This document shows, one piece after another, positions 13,030 to 25,635 of a stretch of DNA of 64,000 nt (the stretch's first letter is position 1; every line of letters begins with the position of its first letter). The position numbers were made by a program, and so were the translations under genes. Under the pieces are notes generated by a model. The model ran no database searches. It had not been told where the DNA came from and saw only the letters and a program-made list of their open reading frames with translations. This stretch comes from Okamejei kenojei (Eukaryota), in the NCBI GenBank assembly GCA_035221665.1, contig CM069162.1, forward strand, positions 23,498,001 to 23,562,000. Reading direction: 5' to 3'.

Positions 13030-13192
13030 TTAATTCTCCAACCAGTTCCAAGTCAAGAAGATGGGAAGGACTGCAGATATAATAAACAAGCAAAAAGTTC
13101 AATGTGTGTATATCTTTATATATGTATGCTGAGTTTTTGTGTATATCTTCCGATTGCCTGCCAGATTGTCAAACACGGCCAGACGTTGTAAA

Positions 13193-13290
13193 GTCTGAAG
13201 AAGGGTCTCGACCCGAAACGCCACCCATTCATTCCTTCTCTCCAGAGATGCTGCCTGTCCCGCTGAGTTACTCCAGCGTTTTGTGTCTAC
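13193..13290 (+). mobile_element. 98-bp Penelope-terminus mini-element with 9-bp TSD
   Basis: gtctgaagaagggtctcgacccgaaacg...ttttgtgtctac flanked by CGTTGTAAA at 13184-13192 and 13291-13299; same sequence family as the 3' end of the GIY-YIG element at 61215-61885. Confidence 0.85.
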
Positions 13291-13395
13291 CGTTGTAAAT
13301 CCTGACCCACTTCCTTGGAGATCCTCTTGCTTTAATTATAAGCATGGTTGAAATTTGTTACAAAGGGAAATAGACATCTAATTCAAGTAAAAAGA

Positions 13396-13640
13396 GGCGG
13401 CAATGTGGCGCAGCGTTAGAGTTGCTGTCTGTCAGCGTTTGCAGCGCCAGAGACCCGGGTTCGATCCTGACTACGGGTGCGTTCTGTACGGAGATTCCTG
13501 ACCGTGAGGAAATCTTCGGTTACATCCCACACTCCAAAAACGCGCCGGTTTGTAGGTTTGGATACTTGGTATAAGTGTAAATTGTCCCTAGTATTATGCT
13601 TGTGTTCATGTGCGGAGGTCGCTGGTCGGTGCGTACTCGC
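13396..13640 (+). mobile_element. tRNA-derived V-domain SINE (HE1-like)
   Basis: A-box tggcgcagcgttag, B-box gggttcgatcc, then cccacactccaaaaac...gtaaattgtccctag body. Confidence 0.8.
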
Positions 13641-13914
13641 TAAACTATAAGTATGTACTCCAGGAGACGTGTATTTTTGCAGGTTGCTCCATTTTTGCTG
13701 CTTCACAAACATCCAAAGAATTTGGAACATAAACCTATTCATGTGAAAGCATTTCATGAGAAAGACATATTGTTAGAAATGTTGTAAAATTCAATCATCC
13801 TCACACCCCCACCCCCCACGTTAATAAGTTGAACATAGTTTCGCATGAAACCGCGTGCACTGGTTTCAAGCATATTCAAGGAAATCAACCAGGACCAGCT
13901 AGAACAGGAAAGAA

Positions 13915-14260
13915 ACACAGAAAATAGATGGTGAAATAGGCCGTTCGCCCCTTTGAGCCAGCACCGCCATTCAATATAATCATGGGCTGATCATCCAAAA
14001 TCAGTACCCCGTGTCGGCTTTTTCCCCATATCCCCTTTTCCCTTAGCCTTAAGAGCTAAATCTAACTCTCTCTTGAAAATATCCAGTGAATTGGCCTCCA
14101 CTGCCTTCTATGGCAGATAATTCCGCAGATTAACAACTCTGGGTGAAAAAAATGTTTCCTCATCTCAGTCCTAAATGGCCTACCCCTTATTCTTAAACTG
14201 TGACCCCTGGTCCTGGGCTCCCCCAACATCGGGATCATTTTCCCTGCATCTAGCCTGTTT
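13915..14260 (-). mobile_element. CR1 LINE 3' fragment
   Basis: RLDAGKMIPMLGEPRTRGHSLRIRGRPFRTEMRKHFF plus 3'UTR. Confidence 0.85.
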
Positions 14261-14454
14261 TCCTGCATCTACCCTGATGCTGTGGAAAGTGGAGTTCTTT
14301 TGTGCACTGATTTGAAGCATATTCAAGGTAACCAACCAGATTCACAATTCAAGGATACAATTGCAAACTATACAGTGATGATTATACCCCAAGTGTGAAC
14401 AGAAACAGGAAAAGGGAAGAACTGGAAATGGGAGAACAAGCTTGAAAGGGTTTA

Positions 14455-14920
14455 GAAGAGATTTACGAGGATGTTGCCAGGATGAGAGCTATAGGGAGAG
14501 GTTGAGTACGCTGCATCTCTATCCCTTGGAGCGCAGTAGGATGATGGGTGATCTTATAGAGCTGTGTAAAATCATGAGAGGAGTAGATTGGGTAGATGCA
14601 CAGAGTAAGTGAATCGAGGTTCAAAGGAAATAGGTTCAAGGTGAAGGGGAAAAGATTTAATAACAATCCGAGGGCTAACCTTTTCACACAAAGTGTGGTG
14701 GGTGTATGGAACAAGCTGCCAGTGGAGGTGGTTGAGGCTGGGACTGTCCCATCGTTTAAGAAACAGTTAGACAGGTACATGTATAGGACAGGTTTGGAGG
14801 GATATGGAGCAAGCGCAGGCAAGTGGGACTAGTATAGCTGGGACATTGTTAGCCGGTGTGGGCAAGTAGGGCTGAAGGGTCTGTTTCCACACTGTATCAA
14901 TCTATGACTATATGACTCTA
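14455..14920 (+). mobile_element. CR1 LINE 3' fragment (second subfamily)
   Basis: LFTQSVVGVWNKLPVEVVEAGT...LDRYM; tail ctatgactatatgactcta. Confidence 0.85.
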
Positions 14921-15736
14921 TTAGAGAGTTTGGAAGGAAATACAAAAACTGCAGTCGGTGCAAAAAAATACAGAGTGCACAGAATTATTAAACTGCATTC
15001 AGGAGAATCCTTTTTTAAATGGTACATAACCCCAATGAGAAAAGGTGGGCAATTTTGGATTTAGTGCCATGAATGAAACTGGGCATGTGGAAGGAGATCA
15101 GTGGGAGAGATGTGTGTGGTAGTGATTATAATTCCATATGTTTTTACCACACTATGGAAAAGAACAACAGGCGTAACATAGGAATAAGGATTCACAACTG
15201 GATGGGGCACGAAAGGAAATAAGTTAGCAAAGGTGAACTTGAAATATCATCTTGAAGGTCAGTCACAGAACACTGGAAATATTTAAGATGGAGATACGTG
15301 GTTCATAGTAAGCTTGATCCTAAAAGAGAAAGGGTGGGATAGTCAAGTGTAAAGCCCCTGGGTGACAAGGTAAAAGGTGAAGCTTATGTGAGGTTTTGAC
15401 AGATTATTACTACAGAAAGTCCATAAGAGTACAGAAAGGGCAGTTAAATTAAATGGGGATATGAGGAAAACAAAGCAAAGCTTCTTACATATTCTTCGCT
15501 TTCTTTTCCACATCATTAGTTTCTCCTGTTTTCTGGGCCTTAAACTCAAACAATTCCTCCCCAACACTCTCCAGCTCTTTATATTCCTCTCTGTTTTTTT
15601 TTCAGATCTGCCTCTCAATCTTTCAGCTGAGTCGTTAATCCTGTTTACAGTCTGCCGCCTCCAGTGTACGTACAAGGCCATGAAACATTCTGATGAACTG
15701 CACGGCTGTTCTCTCAGTGCCTTGGCCAACACTTAA

Positions 15737-15908
15737 GGGCCTGTCCCACTTGGGCGTCATTTGCGCGTCATTCACGCGACATCACTTACGCGTCACGACG
15801 CACGACGCGCGCTTCGTGATGCGCGCATGGTGCGTGATGACGTAGGCAGTAACGCGCGCGGCGCCCCACCTGCGTGACGCGCAAATGACGCCCAAGTGGG
15901 ACAGGCCC
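15737..15908. mobile_element. 172-bp MITE with perfect 34-bp TIRs, flanked by TTAA
   Basis: gggcctgtcccacttgggcgtcatttgcgcgtca (15737-15770) and its exact reverse complement (15875-15908); TTAA at 15733-15736 and 15909-15912. Confidence 0.92.
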
Positions 15909-17537
15909 TTAACTCTCAGTTCTTCGGTGGAAACCAGCATCTGCAGTTCCTTCCTATACCGACACTCAGTTGTTGCCAACAACAAATGCTGTGCTCGTTT
16001 ATTTCCTGGAACATTGCTGCGACGGCGACAAATCAATGTGGTTGACAAAGCACTTTGGAACACGTTGCTTTCATCAAATGAAGGAAGTAAAATTTGTCTA
16101 ATTATCCCGCTTAATATCTTACTTTAGTTCACCCCTCTGTCAGTCTGATTATGGATTTGTGAAGATAGACACAAAAAGCTGGAGTAACCCAGCGGGACAG
16201 GCAGCATCAAATATACTAGATGAGCGCCTCTAGTATCTTTGGGCAATCTCTGGACGTTTCGGGTCGAGACCCTCCTTCAGACTGCTGATTTGTGATGCAA
16301 GTTGGAGAATGTTCCCAAATGCTGCATAAACTAAGATGTTTAAAAAAGAACTGCAGATGCTGGAAAAATCGAAGGCAGGCAAAAATGCTGGAGAAACTCA
16401 GCGGGTGAGGCAGCATCGATGGAGCGAAGTTTCGGGTGACGTTTCGGGTCGAGACCCTCCTTCAGACTGATGGGGTGGGGTGGGGGGGGGTGGTGGTGAG
16501 AAACGAAAGATAATTGTTCTTGATGTAAGCCCCACATCTGATTCCTTTGAATGCTACTCTTGTGTGGGAAGGAACTGCAGATGCTGGTTTAAACCGAAGA
16601 TAGACACGAGAAGCTGGAATGACTCAGCGGGTCAGGCAGCATCTCTGGAGAAAAGGAATAGGTGACGTTTCGGATCGAGACAGTCTCTTCGAGACGAGAC
16701 TGTTGAAGGGTCGCGACCCGAGACCTCACCTACTCCTTTGCAAAAGTTCTATTAGTTTTGCGAAGTACTTTGAAATACTTTGTCACTCTGCACTGATCTT
16801 AAAATAATTCCCGGAAGATCTAGCTATGGAATCAGATAGACAATGTGACAAGTTGGTGTGAGATAGTGAAGGGGCGGCGGGCGGGGAGGGGGTGAGGGGG
16901 AGACGGTGGATTGATGTTGGTGCTAGGACGCTGGTGGAATGGTCTGATCCTTCACTCTACTGAGGTCCTTCACTACTGAGGTCCTGTGAGGGAACCGCAG
17001 CGAAGGCATGACATTCCATTTGGGATCCATGTCCCATGCGGTATAACTCCAGTCCAATGACAAGCCGTTGGATAGAGGTGGGAATCTCACGAGGCTATTA
17101 CAAATTCAGACAGGAAATTCCTTCACACAAACTCAGGGGTGAATAATGTCGACTTCCAGCCTGTAATTAAATAGGAATTAATGGTTGACGAAGTATCATC
17201 CTGTAACTGATCCATTGTAAAAGAGGGCAGTCATTGAAAGAGACCTGTCTCTGAACAACACTGCAATTTATTCGGGATTAACAAGATTAGAATCCGGCCT
17301 CTTCATGTGTCCACAAATTGTGTTAATTATAGTATTTTTAAAACCTTCCTTTAATTGTAAATCATTGGAACGGAGAAAGGGAAGAGCATTCCAGCTACAT
17401 TGTAAAGATTCTTCAAGAGCTGCTTTTAATTTTCTCCTGCAGCTGTTTGCTGAAGATTAAAACCACGGCCCAATGACGGAGTTTAGGGCGAGGACTGGAT
17501 GACTGCTTTTGTCACCAGCGGCAGTCGGTGTAGACTA

Positions 17538-18030
17538 TGCCGGGCCGGCTACAACCTCGCCGCTGCCCCTTCACAGCCCCATTCACTCTGTGCCCGCACC
17601 CAGTGTGATGTTAATGCGGCTCGTTGGGGCTTCCTCGCCCATTCACAACCCGACCCACCCTTTGTGCCTCTAATCAAACTCGAGTGGCGTAAACAAGCTC
17701 CGACCGGGAGAGTCCATCGAGCTTGTGTTTGGTCTCCACTTTGTGTCAAAGGCCTGACGCGTGGCAACCCGCTCCCGTTCCCCACTCGCCACTTTCCTCG
17801 CGGTGTCCAGTGGATCGGTGGCGAGATGCAGCCGCGTAGATTGCGCGTCCGGGGTGGCGACTTGTGGTGGTCGTGGCCGCGGGGTTGGGGGCTCTGGGGA
17901 GGCGTTGCTGCGATTTTCCTCGCTGCGAGGCCCCGACCGCGCTGGTGGCTGTTGTCAGGGAACTGGGTCACATTTAATATGGGCAACTGGGCCCCCGCCG
18001 ATTCGCTCCGGATCATCAAATTGCTCCTTT
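17538..18030 (+). repeat. Locus-specific non-coding module A, copy 1 (5'-truncated, most diverged)
   Basis: High identity to 22071-22710, 32431-33104 and the reverse complement of 52498-53176. Confidence 0.95.
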
Positions 18031-18324
18031 CAGAAAAAAAAAGATTTTTACGCGGCGTAGAAAACATTCCCTGTGGTTATACTATTGGTATATGTGTGTC
18101 TGTGTCTGAGTGAGTGAGTGTGTATGTCTGATAAATCAGTGTCACTTCATCCGAAATAAAAAGTTATCGGATGTTTTCGGATTATTCGGCAGGAGGCGTG
18201 TGACAGCGGGTTGGTGGATCCTCTGCTTTTATATATTTTTATTTCCTTATTCAATCCTGGCTGGTGACCGGAGCCTCCGCACTCAACGCTCCCTGCTGTA
18301 GAGGTCCGACCATCAATGTCTTCC

Positions 18325-18482
18325 ATGCTTTCCTTTCTCATCTTTAAGACGCATCTTCAAGCCTCTTTCTTTGACCAAACCTTGGGCCATCTCCCAATGT
18401 GACTCGCTGTCCATTGCATTTTGTTAGACGTTTCCTCTGGGGCCCATGTTGGGGTATAAAGGCGCTATATAAAGGCACGGTT
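18325..18482 (+). mobile_element. Old L2-type LINE 3' tail
   Basis: ctttaagacgcatcttcaagcctctttctttgaccaaacc...taaaggcgctatataaaggca resembles the chondrichthyan L2/Deu-SINE tail. Confidence 0.6.
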
Positions 18483-18805
18483 GCGTTCTTCTTCCACTGG
18501 CTGCAACCTCGGGATATATGGATCTGTAATCTCTCCACACTCTAGATGCACCAGCATGTAAAAACTCCCAATGCGAAGCGGCGGGAAGCGTGACAGGGAA
18601 ACGTGCCATCAGATACCCGCTGGTCTGTCAACAAAGAAACTTGCTAATTTAAACAAGGCCATATAAAGGTGCCAGGGAAGAGGAGGTTTATTATTATCTT
18701 CACAGATAAAAACATGTTCTAGTTTGAAAATATTGAAGAGGCTATTGAATAATACACACATACACACATATATATATATTCAATTATATATATATAATAT
18801 ATTCA

Positions 18806-19019
18806 NNNNNNNNNNNNNNNNNNNNNNNNNNNNNNNNNNNNNNNNNNNNNNNNNNNNNNNNNNNNNNNNNNNNNNNNNNNNNNNNNNNNNNNNNNNNNNN
18901 NNNNNNNNNNNNNNNNNNNNNNNNNNNNNNNNNNNNNNNNNNNNNNNNNNNNNNNNNNNNNNNNNNNNNNNNNNNNNNNNNNNNNNNNNNNNNNNNNNNN
19001 NNNNNNNNNNNNNNNNNNN
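18806..19019. other. Assembly gap inside a (TA/CA)n microsatellite
   Basis: 214 N flanked by TA-rich repeats. Confidence 1.
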
Positions 19020-19830
19020 ATATATACGTTTATATACACACATATATACACACATATACTTACTATACATACATTCCTGCTCTTCGGAGACGCTGCCTGT
19101 CCCGCTGAGAGTTACTCCAGCATTTTGTGTCTACATTCGATTTAAACCAGCATCTGCAGTTCTTTCCTATACATATCTACATACACATATATAAACATAC
19201 CTACATTATTTACACATTATTTCCTAAAAACCTCAACCAACCAGTGCAATGAACTGAGGATCCCCCCCCGCCCCCTTGGCCAACTGATTTGTTACAAAAT
19301 AGACACAAAATGCTGGAGTAACTCAGAGGTCAGGCAGCATCTCAGGAGAAGAAGCATGGTTGACGTGTTTCGGGTCCGAATCATCCTTCAGACTCTTTGT
19401 ACAAAGTCACAATTTTCAGAATGAGAAGTCTCCAAGTTAACTGATTGGGAAATGTACACGAGCAGAGTGTCAGTAGCTCTGTGCAGCAACGCACGCTCTT
19501 CGTACGTAGATAGTCCCCACATAGCAAGGTCAGAGAACCCAAGGCATGTTGGCTTATGGAGACCGACGTTCGAATAGAATAGGAATAGTAATACAATTCT
19601 ATTAGTAATAGTAATAGGAATGGAGCATTGTCACATGTGACTCGGCGCAGTGAGATTCTTTGCCTGCATACACAATGTATACAGATAGCAGCCACCTACG
19701 GCGCTGACAACGTTAGCGGCAGCCTGACAAACTGTCGCATTGCCTGAAAGAAGAGTCATCGCTTGTTCACCGTGTGATGGAGGGAGCTGCTTGATGGTGT
19801 AAAGTGGGAAGGCCGGAGAGAGCTGGAGAC

Positions 19831-20046
19831 CGCTGTGAGATTTCCGAGCAGAAAATTGTGATTGTGTCAGGACATGGAGATGATTAGCACGGCGCTGGCT
19901 TTGAGGGTGGAGCATGAAATGGATTTGAATTTACTACAGAGCGAGAAATGAGCGTTGAATAGCATCCCCACTATGACACTGGGCGCCAGCCCCGACCGCC
20001 CTGACACCCGCACACACTCAGCGCCAACAATTTCTCGCTTCATTTT
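19831..20046 (+). repeat. Non-coding module B, copy 1 (diverged)
   Basis: gctgtgagatt...gaaaattgtgattgtgtcaggacatggagatgattagcacgg...gccaacaatttctcgcttcatttt, also at 25819, 40031 and (reverse) 50817. Confidence 0.95.
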
Positions 20047-22070
20047 TGTTGTGTTGTTTGTTATTGATGGGAATGAATCGACAAGTAGGACGTGGTCGCA
20101 CTTGGCATTCGCATGGAATGAGAGGATATCTCACTCCTCCGGCTATTCATGCGGACCGTGGCGGATCTCAAGCAAAAGCCCATTTACTACCCTCGGTTGT
20201 ATACTCTTTAAAGCCTTACAACATAATATTAAATTCATCATTTCCTTTCTCCTGTTGACCAGACACCCCCCCCCCAGCATAGACTCAACATAACGGAGAT
20301 CATTCCATTTCCTCTGGGCTGTGTGCGTGGTATTTATGTGTCTTATCCCGAGTGACCGAGTTTCACGTTGAGTTAAGTTATTTTATTATTGTCACGTGTA
20401 CCGAGGTACAGTGAAAAGCTGTTTACCTGCTATTGTCAAAGAAAACACTGTACATGAACGAAACGTATACGCCATCCAACGGTGCACAGGTGGAGATGAA
20501 GGATAAAGGGGACCACATATAGTGCAAAGATAAAACATTGAATTGCAATAAAATTCGACCAAAAAAGGTTTAAAAGGTCGCCAATGAGGTAGATGGGAGA
20601 TAGCCACAAAGAGCCGGATTAACTCAGCGGGACAGGCAGCATCTCTGGACAGAAGGAAGGAATGGGTGACGTTTCGGGTCGAGACCCTTCTTCATGTAGA
20701 TGGGAAGTCAGGAGCGCACTCTAACCGATGAGGTGCTACGGTTCAGGGGGAAACTCAGCGGGTGAGGCAGCATCTATGGAGCGAAGTCCCAGACTAAAGA
20801 AGGGTCTCGAACCGAAACGTCACCCATTCCTTCGCTCCATAGATGCGGAGTTTCTCCAGCATTGTTGACTTCTTTCCATTGTCCCAGCATCTGGAGTTCC
20901 TTCTTAAACCGGTTCTACGGTTAAGGTTATGTCTTTGTTATGGACTTCCTCCAAACCAGAATTACCATTTCTCCACCTACTCTCCCAGATCCAGAAAGAT
21001 TCCGAAACATCAGTCAGCATCCTGTTCTTTATTTACTAAAAGGGTAGACCACGTAACCTTAACCGTAAGAGAGGGGAAAAAAAGGCATCGTTTTGATGGA
21101 CAGTTTAGCCACTCGAGTATTGTTGATGTAACATTGGGAACAATTACCAGCGAGTGTACCAATGTGCAGTGTACATGGAGACCGAGAGGCAGCCAAGACT
21201 TCGATTCTCAAGGAGAACGTGGCCGGTTACTGGAGCGCACCGGTTAAAGTAAAATCGGAGGCAGTCAGTGTCCCTCGTAACAGTAAAGGCCACAGTGCCC
21301 CGAACACCACTTGACGGTCCTAACAGGAAATAGCTGCAGGAGGCGGCCATTCGGCCCTTCGAGCCAGCACCGCCATTCATTGCGATCATGGCTGATCGTC
21401 CCCTATCAATAACCCGTGCCTGCCTTCTCCCCATATCCATTGATTCCACTAGATCCTAGAGCTCCATCTAACTCTCTCTTAAATCCATCCAGTGATTTGG
21501 CCTAACCTAACGTCTAACCTACAGACCGAGACATGCGAAGCGGATGGATCTAGCTGAGAACCAACACCTCCAGGTTCCAGAGCAGCTTCTTCTCGCCAAC
21601 AATAAGCTCTAGAACACTGCACAGCACTAGCCCCAGCAACTCTGACCCTCCGCGGAATGTGTCTTTGCTTGCTCTATGGACTGCGGCGTTGTGCTATTAT
21701 GATTGTCTAGAATTACTGTTATTCGCTTGTTGTATTATTGATCATTATGTATTTATAATGTGTGTTATTATGTTCACGGCCCTGCAAAGCTGCAGCAAGT
21801 AACAATTTCATAATTCCACTGTCGGTTACATGTGACAATTAAACAATCTTGACTCTTGACGGCACGTTATGAGCCGAATGGCAGGAACAGCAGGAACTTC
21901 TATCACCCTATCATTCTATACACGTTGAACAAGGGCTGCGGTCGCCAACTCACTCCCGTGTGTTAGGTGTACAACTGGGAAACTGCACCAAGTTTCACCA
22001 TACATGCGAATCTTTGAATCTAACACATTTCCAATTCTCCAACGATTTATTTTCGATTTTGATCCCAATT

Positions 22071-22710
22071 TTGCTCGTTATCTTTAATCTCCTGGGCCAG
22101 ATGTTGGCCACATCAGCCCACAACAACCCAGGGCAGCTCATGTTTAAGAATGGAGGCCGCTCGCTTGATTTTAACTGCGCCTGGCTCCAAGACAATGAAG
22201 TGTTTGTGCCGGGCCGGCTACAACCTCGCCGCTGCCCCTTCACAGCCCCTTTCACTCTGCGCCCGCACCCAGTGTGATGTTAATGCGGCTCGTTGGGGCT
22301 TCCTCGCCCATTCACAACCCGACCCACCCTTTGTGCCTCTAATCAAACTCGAGTGACTTAAACAAGCTCCGGGAGAGTCCATCGAGCTTGTGTTTGGTCT
22401 CCACTTTGTGTCAAAGGCCTGACGCGTGGCAACCCGCTCCCGTTCCCCACTCGCCACTTTCCTCGCGGTGTCCAGTGGATCGGTGGCGAGATGCAGCCGC
22501 GTAGATTGCGCGTCCCGGGTGGCGACTTGTGGTGGTCGAGGCCGCGGGGTTGGGGGCTGTGGGAGCTCAATGGCACGGAGGCGTTGCTGCGATTTTCCTC
22601 GCTGCGAGGCGCCGTCCGCGCTGGAGGCTGTTGTCAGGGAACTGGGTCACATTTAATATGGGCAACTGGGCCCCGCCGATTCGCTCCGGATCAGCAAATT
22701 GCTCCTTTTG
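22071..22710 (+). repeat. Non-coding module A, copy 2
   Basis: Near-identical to the other A copies; private 14-bp insertion near 22563. Confidence 0.95.
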
Positions 22711-23756
22711 ATAATGAAAATAAAAGAAGCAAAAGCCCGTGGAAAGGGAAAGTATTGAAAAGCCACAAAGGAGACTAGATCGACAGAAGTGTTGAGTGAA
22801 GTTATCATACGCATTCACCACTGACTGACCGAAATTAAATGGTAGGATGGATTCTGCAGAGTGGGAGAGGTCAATGCGGCGCTCAATGCGGGATATTTCG
22901 ACGTATACTTTATTCAGTATAAAGTGCTGAATCTTCCCCAATGTACAATTCCATCGTCACTGCTAACGAGATAATATTAGTTATCTGTATCGGAAGGACC
23001 TGCAGATGCAGGTTTACACCGACGATAGACACGAAATAGCCAGGTAGCATCTCTGGAGGAATGTATTCCGTGATATTTGGCCTTGAGACCCTTCTTCAGA
23101 TTGAGAGCCAGGGGAGAGAGAACGCAGAGGTGTGAAAAGGTACAGGACAAATCGGAGCCGCCAGCAATGCCCCGGGAAAGGTGGAGCCCACAATGGCCCA
23201 TTGTTGGTTGTGGAAGAGGTGATAACGAAGGGGTGCAAACAGTGCAACTAGCGGGACGACAAGAGTGGAGGCGAGACGGAGAGAGAGGGAATGCAAGGAT
23301 TACTTGAAATCAGATAAATCAATATTCATACCGCTGGGTTGTATCCCTTTCTAATATCTAAAATCTAATATTCTTATATTCATTGTCTATTCTGTGCTGC
23401 AGATGCATTGTGTTTTTTTTTATGGGAGTTATCAGAAAGTTGTTGTCCGCCTTAACATATTCCATCACCCACTGAGATTGGCGTAGTTTCATCCCGCTTC
23501 CCAAATACAGACATATATAAATACTTGAAAATAACATTCCTCATACACCTGGTAATCTGATCTCCTGACATTCCGTTGTATCAGACTCCGTGTGAAATAC
23601 CAAAGAGAACTTTACACAGAAAACCCGAGAGGATTCCCTTGTGCTGAATTAGCACGATTGGATGGAGCTCACAGTGGGGCGAGTGAGTGCATCCATTCAT
23701 CTGCTGCTCAATGTACTGAGTGCGGAGTGATGATAAATGGAGACGTGGGTCCCTCA

Positions 23757-23890
23757 GTAAACCCGGGGCCTGGCTGGGAGCGCTGCCATTTAGTGGTGTG
23801 GGAAAGGTAGAAATCGCTAATTACCGTAACGCGGAGAGACTAAACGGTTGTGTCTTCCAGAGACAGCTGGCGTCTCTCCATTCACTGCAT
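23757..23890 (+). promoter_or_regulatory. Module C copy with RBPJ/CSL site and E-box (candidate enhancer)
   Basis: Paralogous to 35805-35940; TGTGGGAA 23797-23804 and CAGCTG 23864-23869 are conserved in both copies while the flanks diverge. Confidence 0.6.
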
Positions 23891-25426
23891 CCCGACCAAC
23901 ACACCCTCTTCCATCGCCAACCCCTCCCTCTCCGTCAGAAGAAACTCTCAGAGTCTGTGAAAAAATCTAAAACCGGCCTTTACGCTTGAAATTCCACCCA
24001 CGGTCTCACCGAGGGCCGATGAATGAAAAACTATCCCTCACCCGCCAGACCCACTTCTCGAAGTTATCTCTATAATCATAAAATTATCATTGGAAAATTT
24101 ACAGAATATTGGAAAGTCCACACATTAGTAACATCGCTTTCTTTCCTCTCTGCTTTAGGAGATATCCATTTATCATTATCGTGGGCACCGGGGTAATGAA
24201 AGGCGTTGTTCCGCACGCTATCCAAACAGATCAGATATATACCATACATCAATGCAATCAGTTCATACTCCAATACCATAGATTGTGCAAAGGGGAAGAT
24301 ATGCGGTGCGGGGTCATTCACCCGGGTTACATAAATGGAAATATACATTATTATCTAAATGGAGTGAGACTACAAGACTACAACGAGGGGTCGAGTTGTT
24401 CTAGTGAATTAATCACTACAAGCTAGAAGGCCAGGCCAGGCCAACCAGTAGCTCAGAAGGGAAAGAGCATTTTTGCCTTCATTGCAAGGGGACTGGAGGT
24501 TAAAAATAGGGAACGATTACTGCAATTGTACAGTGCGCTGGCGAGGCCTCAGTCGGAATCGTGTACAGCTTTGATCTCCTAAAGTACACATGGATGTAGT
24601 AAGGAGATTCACCGGGCAAGCTCCTGGGTGAAGAAGGTTGTCCAGCCAATGCGGACTAACTAGGTCTTGCCTGGATTCCTTAGCATTCATAAGATTGAGA
24701 AGCGACCTTATTCTAACATGCAAGGGGGGTTGACATGGTAGACGTGGTGATGAATCTTGACCAAGGCATGTAACTGAAAATCGGGGACAGTCATCTGAAA
24801 CTGTGATACGCAGAAACTCTTCCTCACAAAAGGTGGTGAATCTCTGAGATTCTATACCTTCTGAGATCTTTGTTCACATATCTTGCCATTAGATTTGGAT
24901 GAATACGTGGAGACAAAATGGACGGAGATTCTGCACTGAATCGATGTACAGTACAGGCCTAACTGTCGGTATTGGAGTCTCAGCTACACGAATAAGGCGA
25001 GATTCGCTGTTGGCTGATAGACCGAGAGCTTTTTGCCAAACGTAAAATCTTGATCATCAAACACCGCTACAAGAACAGATAAATATCTGCCGTGACTTCG
25101 TGCATTATTGTTGATTGAATAACCTACGAATGCAACTCTCTTCAACGCTCTGGAGAGGTTGCCCCGTGAGCAAGGTTGCTGATTCAGTCCATTGTAGGGC
25201 GAGTGTTACAGAGCTGGGGGATCATCAATCACCGCAAAGCGTGGTTAATAACACACACCCGAATGACAATTGCAAGCATCAGTCACCACAAACATGTAGA
25301 AAGCAACTTCAAAGCGTTCCCCGGCCCAGGCTTTTCCAGATGAGGCTTTCACATGAGGAGCGGAGAATGTTGGAGGACATTTGTTTTGCTAACACTGGCG
25401 ACCAGTTCGCGGTGGGAAACTGGAGG

Positions 25427-25619
25427 NNNNNNNNNNNNNNNNNNNNNNNNNNNNNNNNNNNNNNNNNNNNNNNNNNNNNNNNNNNNNNNNNNNNNNNNNN
25501 NNNNNNNNNNNNNNNNNNNNNNNNNNNNNNNNNNNNNNNNNNNNNNNNNNNNNNNNNNNNNNNNNNNNNNNNNNNNNNNNNNNNNNNNNNNNNNNNNNNN
25601 NNNNNNNNNNNNNNNNNNN
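25427..25619. other. Assembly gap
   Basis: 193 N. Confidence 1.
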
Positions 25620-25635
25620 CTTTTACAGGGAATAC

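Noticed and set aside
13396-13475. tRNA genes at A-box/B-box motifs (also near 48551 and 58264)
   Set aside because: They continue into V-SINE bodies and tails; these are SINE heads, not cloverleaf tRNAs.
17499-18113. Long GC-rich ORFs in module A (204 aa here; related ORFs at 22150-22778, 32380-33107, 52349-53195)
   Set aside because: Copies differ by frameshifting indels (4 bp, 14 bp) and a TGA present in three copies; no domain similarity or splice structure, so most likely non-coding.
18454-18475. Double TATA-like sequence tataaaggcgctatataaagg as promoter of a hidden gene
   Set aside because: It matches the L2/Deu-SINE 3' tail (aaaggcgctatataaatgc) and is preceded by L2 tail sequence.
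19955-20293. Repeated ORFs in module B (MNSxPTMTLGASPDRPDT...)
   Set aside because: They arise from nucleotide duplication, use non-ATG starts, diverge in their C-termini and show no recognisable domain.
25115-25426. ORF ending ...NWR at the gap edge as a truncated WRPW exon
   Set aside because: Upstream translation has no Orange-domain or HES similarity, and WR alone is expected by chance.
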